NCBI RefSeq assembly: GCF_009914755.1
Contig: NC_060939.1
DNA: 64,000 nt
Reading direction: 5' to 3' (one strand)
Source: the human T2T-CHM13v2.0 reference genome, Homo sapiens
Every line of letters begins with the position of its first letter. Position 1 is the first letter of the stretch. Shown piece by piece: positions 1 to 17,155 of this stretch. Below the pieces are notes generated by a model. The model was not told the origin of the DNA. It worked only from the letters and a program-made list of their open reading frames with translations, and made no database searches. Made by a program: the position numbers and the translations under genes.

Positions 1-680
1 ATGAAAGGTGCTGAGACAATTGGGATTTCTTATAAAAGAATAAAACCCAAAATGGTCCTATACCTTACATTACACTAAAAAATCATTTATAGGTAAATTA
101 TATGTGAAAAGCAAACCTGTAATGCTTTTAGAGGATAATATAGCAGATATCTTTAAGACTTGGGAATATGGAACTATTTCTTAAATATTACATTAAAGCA
201 TCTAGCCATAAAGTAGAAGATTAATAAATAAGGCAATATTAAAACTAAGAGCTTCTATCATCAAAAGACACAAGACTGGGAGAATATATTCACAATATAT
301 ATAATTGGTGAAAGATTAATCTCCGAATATATATATTTATATAGTTTTTAAAATGCCTACTTATCATTGAGAATAAGGCAGACAACTCAGTAGAAACATG
401 CACACAGGGGCCGGGTGCGGTGGCTCACGCCCCCAGCACTTTGGGAAGCTGAGGAGAGCGGATCACGAGTTCAGGAGTTCAAGACCAGCCCGGCTAACAC
501 GGTGAAACCCCGTCTGTACTAAAAATACAAAAAAATTAGCCGGGCGTGGTGTCACGCCCCTGTAGTCCCAGCTACTCCGGAGGCTGAGGCAGGAGAATCG
601 CTTGGACCAGGAGGCGAAGGTTGCAGTAAGCCGAGATGCGCCACTGCATTTCAGCCTGGTGACAGAGCGAGACTCTGTCT

Positions 681-715
<35 letters not shown>

Positions 716-985
716 GAAAGAAAGAAAAAAAGAAACATGCACATAGGAGTTGAATAGACAACTCAACAAAGAGGCATTCCAGATGTCTGATAAACATATG
801 AAAGGTGTCATCTTCATTTGCATTCACGGAAATGCACCTTGAAACAACAGCGAGATACCCTACAATCCCAATAGGCTGGCTAAAATTACGAAATCTAAAA
901 TAAGTTTGGGAACTCAAAAGCATTGCTAGTGTGAGCACAAATTGGCAAAACAACTTTGGAAAACAGCATGACATTATGGCATAGT
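1..985 (+). mobile_element. Old L1 (L1M-type) 3' ORF2 remnant, interrupted by an Alu
   Basis: A-rich degenerate L1 ORF2 3' motifs (acaattggg..., gactgggagaatatattcac, aaacatatgaaagg, caactttggaaaaca). Confidence 0.65.
408..730 (+). mobile_element. Alu (AluS-like) with long A tail
   Basis: GGCCGGGTGCGGTGGCTCACG start, dimeric body, A tail; flanking direct repeat AGAAACATGCACA. Confidence 0.95.
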
Positions 986-1680
986 TGTCAACGTATTGCT
1001 TCTCAGCTCAAATTCACTTTTCAATACAAGCTTTGAGATGAGGGAATTTCTTTAAGCATTTCTCCTCTAAAGTGAGCACGATGTTGAGCTTTCTCAGTAG
1101 AGGGCGCTAGGCAGGTGTTGCGGGAGGGAGGGGCGCTTCTGCAGTTTCTGGCGGAGGCTCAGTGGTCAACCGTGCGGGTGGGAAGGGGTCGGGTGGATTC
1201 TGCCCTTCCATATGCCCAGAGTTCCAAGTCCCTCAGCGACTTCACAGCCCCCTTGTCTGCTCAACACGGTCACTATGTGTTTCAGGCGCCCTCAGGCCTG
1301 TTGCACAGTCACACGCAGGCCACCAGCTGCGGCTCCCCTGCCCAGCCTGCACTTTGGAGGGTTGTTTCCTGTTTTTTTTTTCCACCACTGCAAACCATCA
1401 AATTTCTCTGCCATCCAGTGGGTTCAACTACACCTTCTCCAACGAAGTCAGAACCACAGTTTTGGAGAGGGAGCCCCTTGCAAGTTTATTCTTCCTTGGG
1501 TAACTCTCTCTTGGCCCCAAGGCACCATGAAAGTTTTCTTATTTTCTATAGCTACTCCTTTATCCCAACTTAATAATTCTTTATATTAAACTCTCCCTTT
1601 GCGGTAGGAGTTTATATTAAACTAAACCCTTTGTGTTTAAAATAATTGCGTGGTTTCTATCTTCTGATTGGATCCACCCT
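986..1680. mobile_element. Probable old ERVL-class LTR (LTR33/LTR41-like)
   Basis: GC-richer block interrupting the L1 remnant; gcacgatgttgagcttt..cagtagagggcgct resembles this LTR group from memory. Confidence 0.4.
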
Positions 1681-1699
1681 GCTAAGTATTGAGAATGTG

Positions 1700-2250
1700 C
1701 CATACAATTCCACAGCAATTCCACTTCTAATTATCTTTTCTAGAGGAGATTTTTGCACACGTGCATTAATTCACAGGAACCAAAACGTTTATAGCAGCAA
1801 TTTGCATAAAAGCCAAATTCTGAAAATAACTCAAATGTTCATGAAGAGAGAACAGATAATTAAATTGTTACAGTCCTACAAGGAAATGAAAATCAGTGAA
1901 CTACAGCTAGACAGAACAAAATGGATGAATGTCACAGACAATGTTCAGTGTGAAAGAAGCAGGTTACAGGTTGGTGTTTACTATATAATCCCATTGATCC
2001 CATTTAAAGTTCAACTTTATTTAAAACTAAACTACATTGTTTGGAGATATATATATATATTAAAACCATAAAGAAAAGCAAGGAAATGAATATTTTAAAA
2101 GTTAGAATAGTGGCTACCTTTATAAGGTTGCTTTTGGGGTGCCCTCTTTGTCATGCGGATGTGGTTACATAGGTATTTGAATTACAATTCCTCTTTGACT
2201 TATGCATATATGTTCTGTGCATTCTATTAAAGTCTTTGCAATTATGTAAA
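1700..2250 (+). mobile_element. Old L1 (L1M) 3' end remnant
   Basis: cagcaattccacttcta, gtttatagcagca, atggatgaatgtcacagaca motifs. Confidence 0.65.
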
Positions 2251-2361
2251 CTAATAACCACAACACAAAGAAAGACACAGTTCCTGCCTTTATGAAACTT
2301 ACGGGGAGAAAGAACAAAACAGAAAACGTGGAATCACTTAAGATGGAGATAGCATGATTAC

Positions 2362-2710
2362 ATTTTCTTTCTTTCTTTCTCTCTCTTTCTCTCTCTCTCT
2401 CCTTCCTTCCTTCCTTCTTTTCTTTTTTGAGACAAGGTCTTGCTCTGTCACCCAGGGTGGGATACAGTGGCACGATCATGGTTCACTGCATCTTTGACCT
2501 CCTGGGCTCAAGTGATGCTCCCACCTCAGCCTCCCGAGTAGCTGGGACAACAGGGGTGTACCACCACACCTGGCTAATTTTTGTATTTTTTGTAGAGATG
2601 GGGTTTTGTCATGTTGCCCAGGCTGGTCTCAAACTCCTGGGCTCAAGGGATCCACCTGCCTCAGCCTCCTAAAGTGCTGAGATTACAGGCATGAGCCACT
2701 GTGCCTGGCC
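2362..2710 (-). mobile_element. Alu (AluJ-like) with CT-rich tail
   Basis: Reverse-complement Alu consensus with ctcctgggctcaag diagnostics. Confidence 0.9.
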
Positions 2711-3131
2711 TGCGATTCATTTTTTAAACAAGTATCTTTGGACTGCAATCCGGCTAGATTAGACCTTGGAACAATGAAATATGACAAACATTTTAAAAAT
2801 GCATTGTTCAGCTGGCAAGAAAGTATGGTGAATTCCAAGGGTGGAAAACAAAGAGATAATCAACAAGCAGAGATATGGGGAGCTGATGCTGTAGTTGCCT
2901 TAGGTGCAGTAGTGATGTACTGGTCTCAGTAGCCAGGCAGCTTGGATTTTAATGGTCACCTGCTGTCCAGGACAGGCTTTGGGCCTAAGGGAGATGGGAA
3001 GGTTGAAGTGAGACCCTGGATAAAGCTATACCACAGGGACATGATAGACTAGAAAAAAAATTACGGACACAGGGAGACAAAATAAAGCTTTTGTGTTTTG
3101 GTTTGCACTCCAGTTAGAATAAAATCAGGGG

Positions 3132-3435
3132 TGTAATCCCAGCACTTTGGGAGGCTGAGGTGGGCAGATCACCTGAGGTCAGGAGTTCGAGACCAGCCTG
3201 GCAAACACGACAAAAACTCATCTCTAATAAAAGTACAAAAAAATTAGCCAGGCATGGTGGTGTGTGCCTGTAATCCCAGCTGTCCAGGATGCTGAGGCAA
3301 GAGAATCACTTGAACCCTGGAGGTGGAGGTTGCGGTAAGCCAACATTGCACCATTGCATTCCAGCCTAGGTGACAGAGTGGGACTCCATCTCAAAAAAAA
3401 AAAAAAAAAAGAAAGAAAGAAAGAAAAAAGAAAAG
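3132..3435 (+). mobile_element. Alu (AluSx-like), slightly 5' truncated
   Basis: Alu consensus, A/GAAA tail. Confidence 0.92.
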
Positions 3436-5109
3436 AATAAAATGCAGGGAAAAATGTGCCCAGAGAAGATTGATAATCTTGATAATCCAGGGTTGGACCT
3501 CATGTTGGTCTGATATTCTAAATTACATTACCCATGTGAGCCAGTAATCTCTAGGTAGAAACATTAACATAAGAATTAATCACTCTAGGATGATACTACT
3601 GCTGGGCACCTGGCAGAAGCAACATAAAACCGCTTTAGAGAAATACACCTGTACCCAGGTCACATGGAACGTCCACCAAATGGGAGCTCATGAACCTAAA
3701 TTACAATAACATGATGAAATAATTCATCCTGATGAAAAGTCAACAGACGCAATAGTCAGCAAGATTAGACTCTCAGAACTTTAGAAAATATAATAAATAA
3801 ATATTAGTAAAATATCAAGATTATAAAACCAGGAGTCACATAACACAAGAACATCTTAGTATCAAGAAAAAATTAATTTGAAAAAACTAGACTGAACTTC
3901 CAGAAATAAAATATGTGGTCATTGAAATTAAATATATCTTCTTGCATAATAGTTCCTAAGGCATTGGCCTCAAAGTAGTCTTTACAGGAAATTGGAGCTG
4001 CCTAGAGTCATAATGTCAGGTGAGTGATAATTTACAAGCAATTATAGATATAGTGATATATTTAGAGGTGAGAGCAGCCTTATAGATATACTAGTGACAC
4101 TCCCTTTGGTGAAAGATATAAAAATCTTAGCCCCAGGATGTAAACCAAGTCACAGATAACAGTAAACTCCCATCTAGAGCACACATGTTCTGACACCTGT
4201 TAAGTGCCTTTTCAGATATGTCACATTCCCCTATCCATAGACACAGGCACCTGCTGAGAGAAAGATCAGGGAAGTTTGATGACACTTGTTGCAGTGAAAA
4301 GCTGGTAAAAGGAGAAAGGAAAGAGGCTATCTCAGACCTGAAAAGGCTGGGAGACTATTTTTGTATATAATAACAGGAAATAGTCTTCACATTATATAAA
4401 CAGGAATTTAATGGAGGAGAGCCACCCAGGGACTCTGGGGAATGCTGGAATACATACTTGCTTACGTCCTGCGAGGGTGGATTTGAGTGAGGAGCAGGGC
4501 AGTGAATTCTGGCACTTGTCAGTGCCAGGGCTAAATTATTCTGCTCCCGTTTGGTGGAGGTAACAGCTCTTACATCACTTTAATTGTTTCCTTCCATTGA
4601 CGTGAAATGAGGAATTTCTTCCATGGAGTGCTTGGTTCAAGCACTGCCAAGAGTTGGCAAAGCTCCTAGTGGCATCTTTCACTTTTGGTCTCTGGTGGCT
4701 CTTAAATACAGATGAATTGTGTAGGAAACAAACAGGAGGAATTATCAATCATATGTGTCTCCTCTCAAGAAAATGTGCCATTTTCCTCTTATATATACTG
4801 CGATGGCATTTGTTTTTTCAAGTTTGCTCAGTTCACAATCTGCACACTTCACCTTCTTCAAGAAGTCTCCTAGGCTGAAAGCTATTGTCAGCTGTTCTGT
4901 GATTCTATCTTGTGTTACCATTGCAGGTGTACATGTCTTACCTCCTTCAGTAGACAGTGACTTCGGAAGACAGATCCTGGTCTGATCCATTTTTGAGTTC
5001 TCTATAATGGCTTTCCCAGTTCCTCACACACATTTGGTGCTTAATAAATGTTTGTCTTATGAGTGAACCGATCTTTGATTTGTTGTGTAGTAAACATACA
5101 AAATTCTAG

Positions 5110-5625
5110 GCTGTATCAGCTAGAAATTATGTTGGTACTAGTGACTGAGAACCTAGCATAGTGGCTTAAATAAATTAAAGCCTTCTTTTTCTGTGATGTA
5201 AAAAAAAAATTATTAGTCTTGTCAGTCCAGGATGGGTAAGGCAGCTTCACCACATCATGAGGGACCCAAGCACTTCCTTCCATTCTGCGTTCTTCAGCAT
5301 GTTGCTTGCATCTTCGAGGTCACAAAATATCTGCCAGAGCTCCAGCCAGTAGGTCTGCATTTTAGGAGAATAGAAAGGGAAAGACAAGGGGCAAGCAGGC
5401 TCTTCCCTCATTGGCATGAAAAAACCCCAGTAAAGAGAGTTGCAGGAAACACCAATCAAAGACTTGTATTTAAATTTCATTGACCAGCCCCTTAACTGCA
5501 AGGGAGGATGGGGAGTAAAGCTTTTTAGCTTGGCACACTTTCCCCCTAAGCAAAATCTGAGTTATGTTTCTAAGGCACAAAGAGAGAGAGGATATTGGGT
5601 AAGCAGCCTGCAGTCTTTGCCATGA
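5110..5625. mobile_element. MaLR LTR remnant (MLT1-like)
   Basis: tgtatcagctag..., agtggcttaaa, cccttaactgcaagggaggatggg motifs typical of old MLT1. Confidence 0.5.
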
Positions 5626-7457
5626 AGGATCTTAATCATTCATCAGTAAGTATGATCTTTTTTTTTTTAAAATGTCAATTGTTTCTTTAAGATTTTTAGT
5701 TTCTCTTCAAAGTCTATAGGTAAATCACTGAAATTTATCCAGATCCCAGCCTTCACATCCAGGGATTTTGGTGTACCACCATCTACTCAATGCTCCCCGT
5801 CCTCCTACCCCATCAAATGAGCTTCGTTTGTTTTTCCTTTATCTCTAAGTGGTATGACACCATCTGCTGTTTTCTGCTTTTGACCCAGAGCCATGTCTGG
5901 CATCATCAGACTAATCAAGAGGTGGGAAGGGACAAGGTCAGGCATGGGTTAGTGACACAAATCACTTGGTAATTAAAAACCCCTTGGTGATAACATTTTC
6001 TCCTTGCACAACAAAATATCCATTGCAGGATTTTGATAAAATTCTGCTCTATTAATCATCAGCAATTGGAAGCTCAGAATGTGAGGCTAATTGTCAGATT
6101 GATGTTGCGGCTGAGAGGAAGTATTAAAATTTCGCAAAGACCATAAGAGAGGCAGTTATAGAAATAGTGTGCTAATTCTTAGCTTACATTTCCATATATG
6201 TTAAATTTCTCTTAGAAATTATTTGGATTACTGATGTACAAGTGATTACTAAAGATAATAATTAATCAATTTAGTCCTCCATTCCATTAATCAATAATTG
6301 TTGAGTATATACTATTTGCCAGGCATTGTGCTAGCTGCGAGAGCTATAAATGAGAGTTTTTTAAATGTAGACGTTTCTGAGTTAAAGATACACTGAAAGG
6401 CTAAAATGAACAGCAGGAAAATGAGATGATAATCTGAAATCAGCTTCCATAGACCAATAATCCCAGAAAGGCTGCGAGAAAATTAATAGCAGAAACTAAG
6501 CTTGGGTATTTTGCAATTCTCTTTTAGCCACACAAAATTAAATTAGAAATTCTGAGAAGACTCAAGCAGGGACTGTTAATATGGGGTTTTGACATGTATT
6601 AACTAGACAATCTTTATGAATAAAGAAAAGAGAACAAGTCGCTTCCATGGCATAATATTAAAATAAGGCCTCCTGGATAGCCACTATTCTGAATAAGATA
6701 AGAAAGACGATGCCATTACAGCTAAGCAGCTCAAAATTCCATTAGAATATTTTAAGCGTTAGTATAGGAATTTACACAAGAGTTAGAGAAAATGAAATTT
6801 AAAACCAAGACCTGAAAGGCACTCATGAATTTAAGGGCAGGTCATTTTGCAGGGGTTGGGTGGGGCAGGAGAATCACTGGATTGTGAAATTGAAATTGAA
6901 ATTGAAATTGGTTAATTTCAACGGACTACTTGATACAATTGATAGCCATGGATTTGGCAACTGTGGATGCCAGGGCAGACAGAGTTTGCTCCTAAGAAGA
7001 TGCCCAACTCAGAGACGCTGGGTCCTGTGTCCCATGGTCTCCAGTGCCTTTCATTTGGAGATCATATCACTGTCCTGTGCTTTTGACCTTGTTAGTTGGT
7101 CTGACATACTTGTTTTCTTCCCTTTAGCTGAATGAATAATTTATAATCTCTGGAAAGTATAAAAACCCAATGTACTCTTATGTAATTTGTGTTTAAATGT
7201 AACCATTATGATGTCCTGTGCATACTATGTTAATGTTTTAAATGATTTTTGAAAGGCTTAAAAAGATTTCTCTCTACAAAATTTATAAGGCTGATGTAGT
7301 AGATTGTTAAGAGGAAGGTTTCTTACATTTGTAACTCTCCCTTTGTATATTTCGAATGTTTGAGAGGGGGAGTTATATTAAAATAAAACTTTGAAATAGC
7401 CAAGGGAATTTGATTGGTTAAATATGCAAATGATGTTTAACATGAAACATTACTCCT

Positions 7458-8045
<588 letters not shown>

Positions 8046-8297
8046 GTTAATGATTATACTTTAAAAAAAATTTTACTGAAGTATGAATTTTATCAGGTTA
8101 AAAAGAGCCTTAGCTCTAGATTTAAGAGCATAATTGCTGGGTCATATGTGTATGGCTCCAGCTTGGATGGAAAGTTCTGAATTGTTCTCCAACACTCCCA
8201 CTGCAACCCCACCACACATTATTCCATAGTCTGCCAACACTTGATGGTGTGAGGCTCTCTGCTTGTTCCCAACCTGACGACTATAAAATGATATCTC

Positions 8298-8621
<324 letters not shown>

Positions 8622-10375
8622 TTAACTTGACTTTTCCTGATTATTAGTGAAATTTCCATTTGTCTTTTATGATAATTTTTATGTTGTCTTTTTCTTATAC
8701 ATATATATTCTGGATTAGTCCCTTAGGAGAGTTAGATGTGTTGCAAATAGCTTCTCCTAGTTTATGCAGATTTTTTACTTTTCTTTTTTTTTTTAGTATG
8801 TCTTTTGATCAGTAGAAGTTTTATATTTTAATCTCGTTCAGTTTATTAGTCTTCTCCTTTATAGTTGGTGCTTAGGTTTTGAAATATCAAGTACCTTTTG
8901 GTAATTTTTCAACAGCTTAGCTTATATGGCACAATGTATTTCATATGTACATATACAAATGTCAAAATTATAAATATGCCTAAATTATACATCTGTAACT
9001 AGCCTTAAATATTGTAATTAAAACTGTATAATTAAACTAAGCATGCAAGCCAATTGTTTAAAAAAGAGTTTCACTCCAGTTTGGTACTGATTTAGCTCTT
9101 GAGCTATTGAAATCAATGGCCAGCATATGAAGCAATTATCTGACGCTTGTGGGTGGTGACCTTGCAGCAGCTCAGCCTCTTCTTTCATTTCATCCTATTT
9201 TTGTCCTTAATAGCAGATATTTATCTCAGTTTAAAATTTTATTATTTTCTTTATAACTACAATCTTAACAGTTTAAAATAGTACTAAATTTCATGTGGAA
9301 AGAAACTTCAGATTCTCAGCACCTTATCTTCCTTAGCGATTTCCACTCTAGCCCTCAATGTTATTAGGTAAACTCTTATCTCAATTGTTGTTTTCACTGA
9401 GTGCTATCTAACCATAATGAAAAAGGGAAAAAAAATAGAGTCCGAATTATCCATAACTGCCTCTGCTTTCTGAGAAAGGCAACGTGATTCTTTTTCAGTG
9501 GAGGAAAAACCTCTCTATGGACTTTTTTCACCCCATAACAGAGAGATTAGTGGGAGAAAGAGAAGAGCTTGAGATTCCTGTCTATCAGGGCCTTTGGAAA
9601 TTCAAATTGTGTCCCAGAGCTGAATTCTCCAAAAGAATGTACAGAGATTTGGAGGTGCGGGGGAGAGAGGGCTAAATAGTTTGGCGGGAGGCTGGAAGCT
9701 GAGCTGGTAGATAGGGTCAGAAGACTTTTTAAGAACAAAGACTGGAGACTTGAGGTGACTCCATCTTCACTATTACTTCAGATCTTTCTTATAATGTGCT
9801 TCATAAACACACACCTTGTGTGAAAGCTGCTTTTGAGAAAAAGAAACGTATTTTATGCGACGCAGGGTGCAACAGGAGCGGCGCATGTGGGGCAGTGAGA
9901 AATTCCTTCCCCTGACCCGATTCAGCAGTGAAGGTGATCAGAGCAAATAGGAACTGGACTGCTTCACGCTCCTCAAGGACTTTAAGGAGTGTGTCTTCCA
10001 CCACCCACAGCAAAGGGCTCAGAAAATTTTATCTGAACCTCCTGACATCTGAGTTATACAAACTAAGACAAAGAATGGGAAGCACATAGCAGCCACTGGT
10101 CCATTACAGTTCTAAAGTCCAGCCAGGCGCGTATTTACCCGAGATAGAAAATGTTCCTTAGTCAGGGTCTAGTGCTGCTCACTGGAAGTAATTCCCCGAT
10201 CCACTCTTTTTTTGAGGCTCTTTAGTTCATCCTCTGTGCTCTTGGCTCTGCCCTCCAAGTTGTCCTTCATTTTCATTAGAAGTAGCTTTCACAATCTGCT
10301 GCTTGCCCCTAAAAACTGGGGACCCAGAGAGTTCATTTCATTTTGAAATAATGTCCCTGCTCCATTTAGTTATAG

Positions 10376-11930
<1,555 letters not shown>

Positions 11931-12142
11931 AGTTCTGAGTTCTTGTTGAGTCTTATTGAGGATCACACCATAGCAGAAGGACTACATCCATAATTCTTTC
12001 TAAGATGCGCTTTTCTGTACTTTGGGCCACATGTGAGGCTGCTATGGTAAATGCTCTTAAGATTCTTAGAAGTCCAACTGTCTAGTTGAGAAAGTCTACT
12101 AGGTGCTGCCTTAAATCTTATAGAAGTTTTAATAAGGGATCT

Positions 12143-12442
12143 TGGCTGGGCACAGTGGCTCACGCCTGTGATCCCAACACTTTGGGAGGCCGAGGCGGGT
12201 GGATCACCTGAGGTCAGGGGTTCGAAACCAGCCTGGCCAACATGGCGAAACCCCGTGTCTACTAAAAATACAAAAATTAGCTGGGCATGGTGGCACATGC
12301 CTATAATCCCAGGACTCAGGAAACTGAGGCAGGAGAATCGCTTGAACCCAGGAGGCAAAGTTTTCAGTGAGCCAAGTTCATGCCACTGCACTCCAGCCTG
12401 GGCAACAGAGTGAGACTCCATCTCAAAAGAAAAAAAAAAAAA
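12143..12442 (+). mobile_element. Alu (AluSx-like)
   Basis: Alu consensus, A tail. Confidence 0.92.
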
Positions 12443-12596
12443 GATGGGCATTTTACCTTATTAAAATAGTAATCATAAGGGAGCTTATAGACAAACCTTT
12501 TTTTTAATGTTTTCTTACCTTGGCCATTTCTTACTTTGAGAATGTTTTGCTGGCCGGAGATGCTGTCCTGGGCCCTCTGTTTCTTCTTACTGCTGC

Positions 12597-13022
12597 CTAA
12601 AACCTAAAGAGTTCTTTCTTTCCATTCATCTCTTTCTTCCTGCACTTTATCTTCCTGCACTTTACTAAAACCTAAAGAGTTCTTTCTTTCCATTCATCTC
12701 TTTCTTCCTGCACTTTATCTTCCTGCACTTTACTAAAACCTAAAGAGTTCTTTCTTTCCATTCATCTCTTTCTTCCTGCACTTTATCTTCCTGCACTTTA
12801 CTAAAACCTAAAGAGTTCTTTCTTTCCATTCATCTCTTTCTTCCTGCACTTTATCTTCCTGCACTTTACTAAAACCTAAAGAGTTCTTTCTTTCCATTCA
12901 TCTCTTTCTTCCTGCACTTTATTCTGCACTTTCTTCCTGCACTTTGTAACTTTCTTCCTGCACTTCATCACTTTCTTCCTGCACTTCCTGCACTCTCCAT
13001 TCATCTCTTTCTTCCTGCACTT
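12597..13022. repeat. 68-bp minisatellite, about 4.8 perfect copies plus a degenerate tail of sub-repeats
   Basis: Unit starts at 12597, 12665, 12733, 12801, 12869; internal TCTTCCTGCACTTTA repeated twice per unit. Confidence 0.95.
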
Positions 13023-13329
13023 TTAACACAGGTAAAAGAAGCCAATTGTACTTTCAATATTTTACCTAAAAATCTCCTTATTCAGATCAAGTTCATTAGC
13101 TATATTTTATTTCTGTCTTTCATGACATTACAGGTGACAATGTGGCCAAAAATCTCACTACTATGTAACATCTTTTGTCACGCTTCCAAAGCAATTTTCT
13201 CACTGCTATTGCAGGCTTCCTAACAATTTCCTCACTGCCCTTCTAGCCTCTGCTGCCTCCCAATATCAGAGCCAATGACAAATGTTTTAGGGTTTGGTTA
13301 TGGCAGTATCCCACTTCCAGATAGCAATT

Positions 13330-13835
13330 TCTGTTTCAATTATCTACTGCTGTATCATAAACCCGCCCAGCATTTAGTGGCTTAAATCAATATCCATTTT
13401 ATTGCTCACAATTCTGTGGGTCAGGAATTTGGGTGAGGGCTGATGGCAACAGCTCATCTCAGCTCCAGTGGGGCTAACTGGGAAAGATCCAAGCTGTCGG
13501 CCGGCTCGGGCACCTTGATTCTCCTGTCTGTGGCCTCTCATCATCCAGACCCTGTTCCTTTCCATGTAGCGTCTCCAACAGGACACGCTGGACTTCTTTA
13601 CACACCAGCTGGCTTCCAAGAAGGCAGAAACAGAAACTGCTAGGCCTCTTATGGCCTAGGCCCAGAAGTCACAATGCCACTTCCAGAGCTTTCTGTTGGT
13701 TAGATCAAGTCATGAAGCCAATCTATATTCAAGGGAAGGGGAAAGATATTTCATTTCTTTGCTGGGAATGATACATCACAAAACAGCATGCAGGATAGGA
13801 TGGATTGGGGTGACCATTTTTAGAAAGGACCTACC
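13330..13835. mobile_element. MaLR LTR remnant (MLT1-like)
   Basis: ttagtggcttaaa..., ttattgctcacaattctgtgggtcaggaatttggg motifs. Confidence 0.65.
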
Positions 13836-14721
13836 TCTCAGAAAGAGGCAAAAATTCATGAACTGAAATACTCTCTGAGACAATCTCTATTTTATAGTCT
13901 AGCAATAAACCAGAAGTTCAAGCTCTGCTCTCTGGCTATGTAAGCAAACTGAGGTCAGAAAGGAGTTCAAGCAACAACGAATTGATACAAGGCTGCTGTT
14001 ACAAGATTCTCATCTATAGTGGTTTGGTCTTTGCTCGAGCATTTTGAGAGACAAACTGCCTCCAAAGGAGACCTGTTCCACAATTGAATAATTCTAAAGT
14101 CTATAACAATCTTCCATTTGCAAAGTTCAACATTGCCTTTCTGTGACTCCTCCCATGGTCAGATATCTGCCCTCCAAGGCCACTGAAAGAAAGGCTACTC
14201 CCTCCTCAATATGGCATTCATTTAAATCTAAATATTTTCAGACACTTTTCTTGACTCAAGACTTCCTAACTTCTTTACCTGTCTATCATGTTAAGTCATT
14301 ATTTCCCAGAAACATGTGTTTATGTATAACACATACAATCCATAGAATAAAATTTGCCCAGAATAGTATGTTTAAGAGGAAAGAAAAGTATGTAATAGAT
14401 TATTGAAAGTTTCAAAATATCTGGTGGTACAATGAGTGAGTTAAACATTTATCTGGCTTAACCATTCAGTTTGATCTTGTGGAAATCCAGTGCTTGGAAC
14501 TTATCTTGTCCTAACTTTTTCATAACATAGTCACTGTTTACCTGAATAATTGTCTAAATGTAGTGTCCTTTATGGTTGGTTAGTATTCACTGGGTGATGG
14601 GGAAAAGAAATACATAAATCCTGAGAAAAGCTGAAAGCAAAGTTTATTCTTACAAATGACAAAAAATGCCCAGATACAACAGACTCTCTGTTTGATGTGT
14701 GTGTGCCAGAATGAAAACTAT

Positions 14722-15109
14722 GGGTCTGAGGCACCTTCTTTTTAAAAAAAAAAAATTTTTATTTGCATAGGTTTTTGGGGAACAAGTGATATTTGAGTAC
14801 ATGAGTAAATTCTTTAGTGGTGATTTGTGAGCTTTTGGTGCACCCATCATCTGAGCAGTATATACTGCGCCCAGCGTGTAGTCTTTTATCCCTCACCCCC
14901 TTTCCACACTTTGTCCCTGAGTCCCCAAAGTCCAATGTATCATTCTTATGCCTTTGCATCCTGAGGCACCTTCTTCCATAAGCACCATCCAGAAGGAGAA
15001 GTGGTTCTTCAACTATGGCTGATGGGAGCAAAGTGCTGAAGCAACTATGACTGGTTGAAAGACCATTTCTCCTGTGAATGGTGCTTATGGAAGAAGGTGC
15101 CTTAGACCC
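14722..15109. mobile_element. Palindromic MITE-like element (family not recognised), left arm split by the L1 fragment
   Basis: ~57-bp inverted arms including 25 perfect bp (14964-14988 vs 15078-15102); ends GGGTC...GACCC; AAAACTA on both flanks. Confidence 0.6.
14741..14960 (-). mobile_element. Short 5'-truncated L1 3' end (L1PB-like) with 15-bp TSD
   Basis: L1PB 3' UTR sequence; CTGAGGCACCTTCTT at 14726-14740 and 14961-14975. Confidence 0.88.
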
Positions 15110-15665
15110 AAAACTAGAGTGAGGCTTTTATTGGTTGGGGAAGGTGGCTATAAAAAGATAAGAATAATGAAAAGCTATGACCAATTAAAAAAAATGAGAA
15201 CTTAATCACAGCCTTATCGACCCACAACCAGGGGTCCACAAATAGCCTTAATTATGACTTATGTTATTAAGATAACAACCCCAAATTTTCCGGGCAGCAA
15301 TTTTTTTGTGCCAATATTTTGGTCTTTTGCTTCCAAAGACTAGCCTTTTGATAAAGTCAGACAGCTCTAAAATGTATGTGTTTAAGTTCTATAAATAGAC
15401 ATACATTTGAGGATATATGAAAGGAGCAAAGTATTTATCTCACCACACAGTTAAGAATTTTAAAAACATTCATTGTTGGATAGTGATTTTTAAAACATTA
15501 AAATAAGTGGAACGATTGCTTTGAATTTATGAAGAATAACACATATAATTAATGACTTTTCTATTTGTATTATACTTGCTTAGATGGTTCAGGCTTAGTA
15601 AGAAAGCTATTGATAGTAGAAAACAATGTGTATATGTAATAATAAAGAAATAACGTGGATTGTTA

Positions 15666-16623
<958 letters not shown>

Positions 16624-16793
16624 ATAGTCTTTTGACTATATTTAGTTTGAAGATAGTTCCAGATATTTCCCTACATTACTTTCTCATCTTTAGTGAGCAA
16701 ATGGTATACTGAAACTAGATAGTGATGGTGGTGCGACAATGTGCGTGTACTAAATGTCTCTGGATTGTACACTTAAAATGGTTAAAGTGGTAA

Positions 16794-17155
<362 letters not shown>

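Noticed and set aside
1115-1589. Three overlapping ORFs of 113-152 aa
   Set aside because: Lie in a probable LTR, non-ATG or weak starts, no recognisable protein similarity
6380-6830. Possible very old non-L1 LINE coding remnant
   Set aside because: Only a vague impression; cannot be supported without a profile search
12597-12921. 68-bp array as a CRISPR-like locus
   Set aside because: Units are identical head-to-tail with no unique spacers; eukaryotic context
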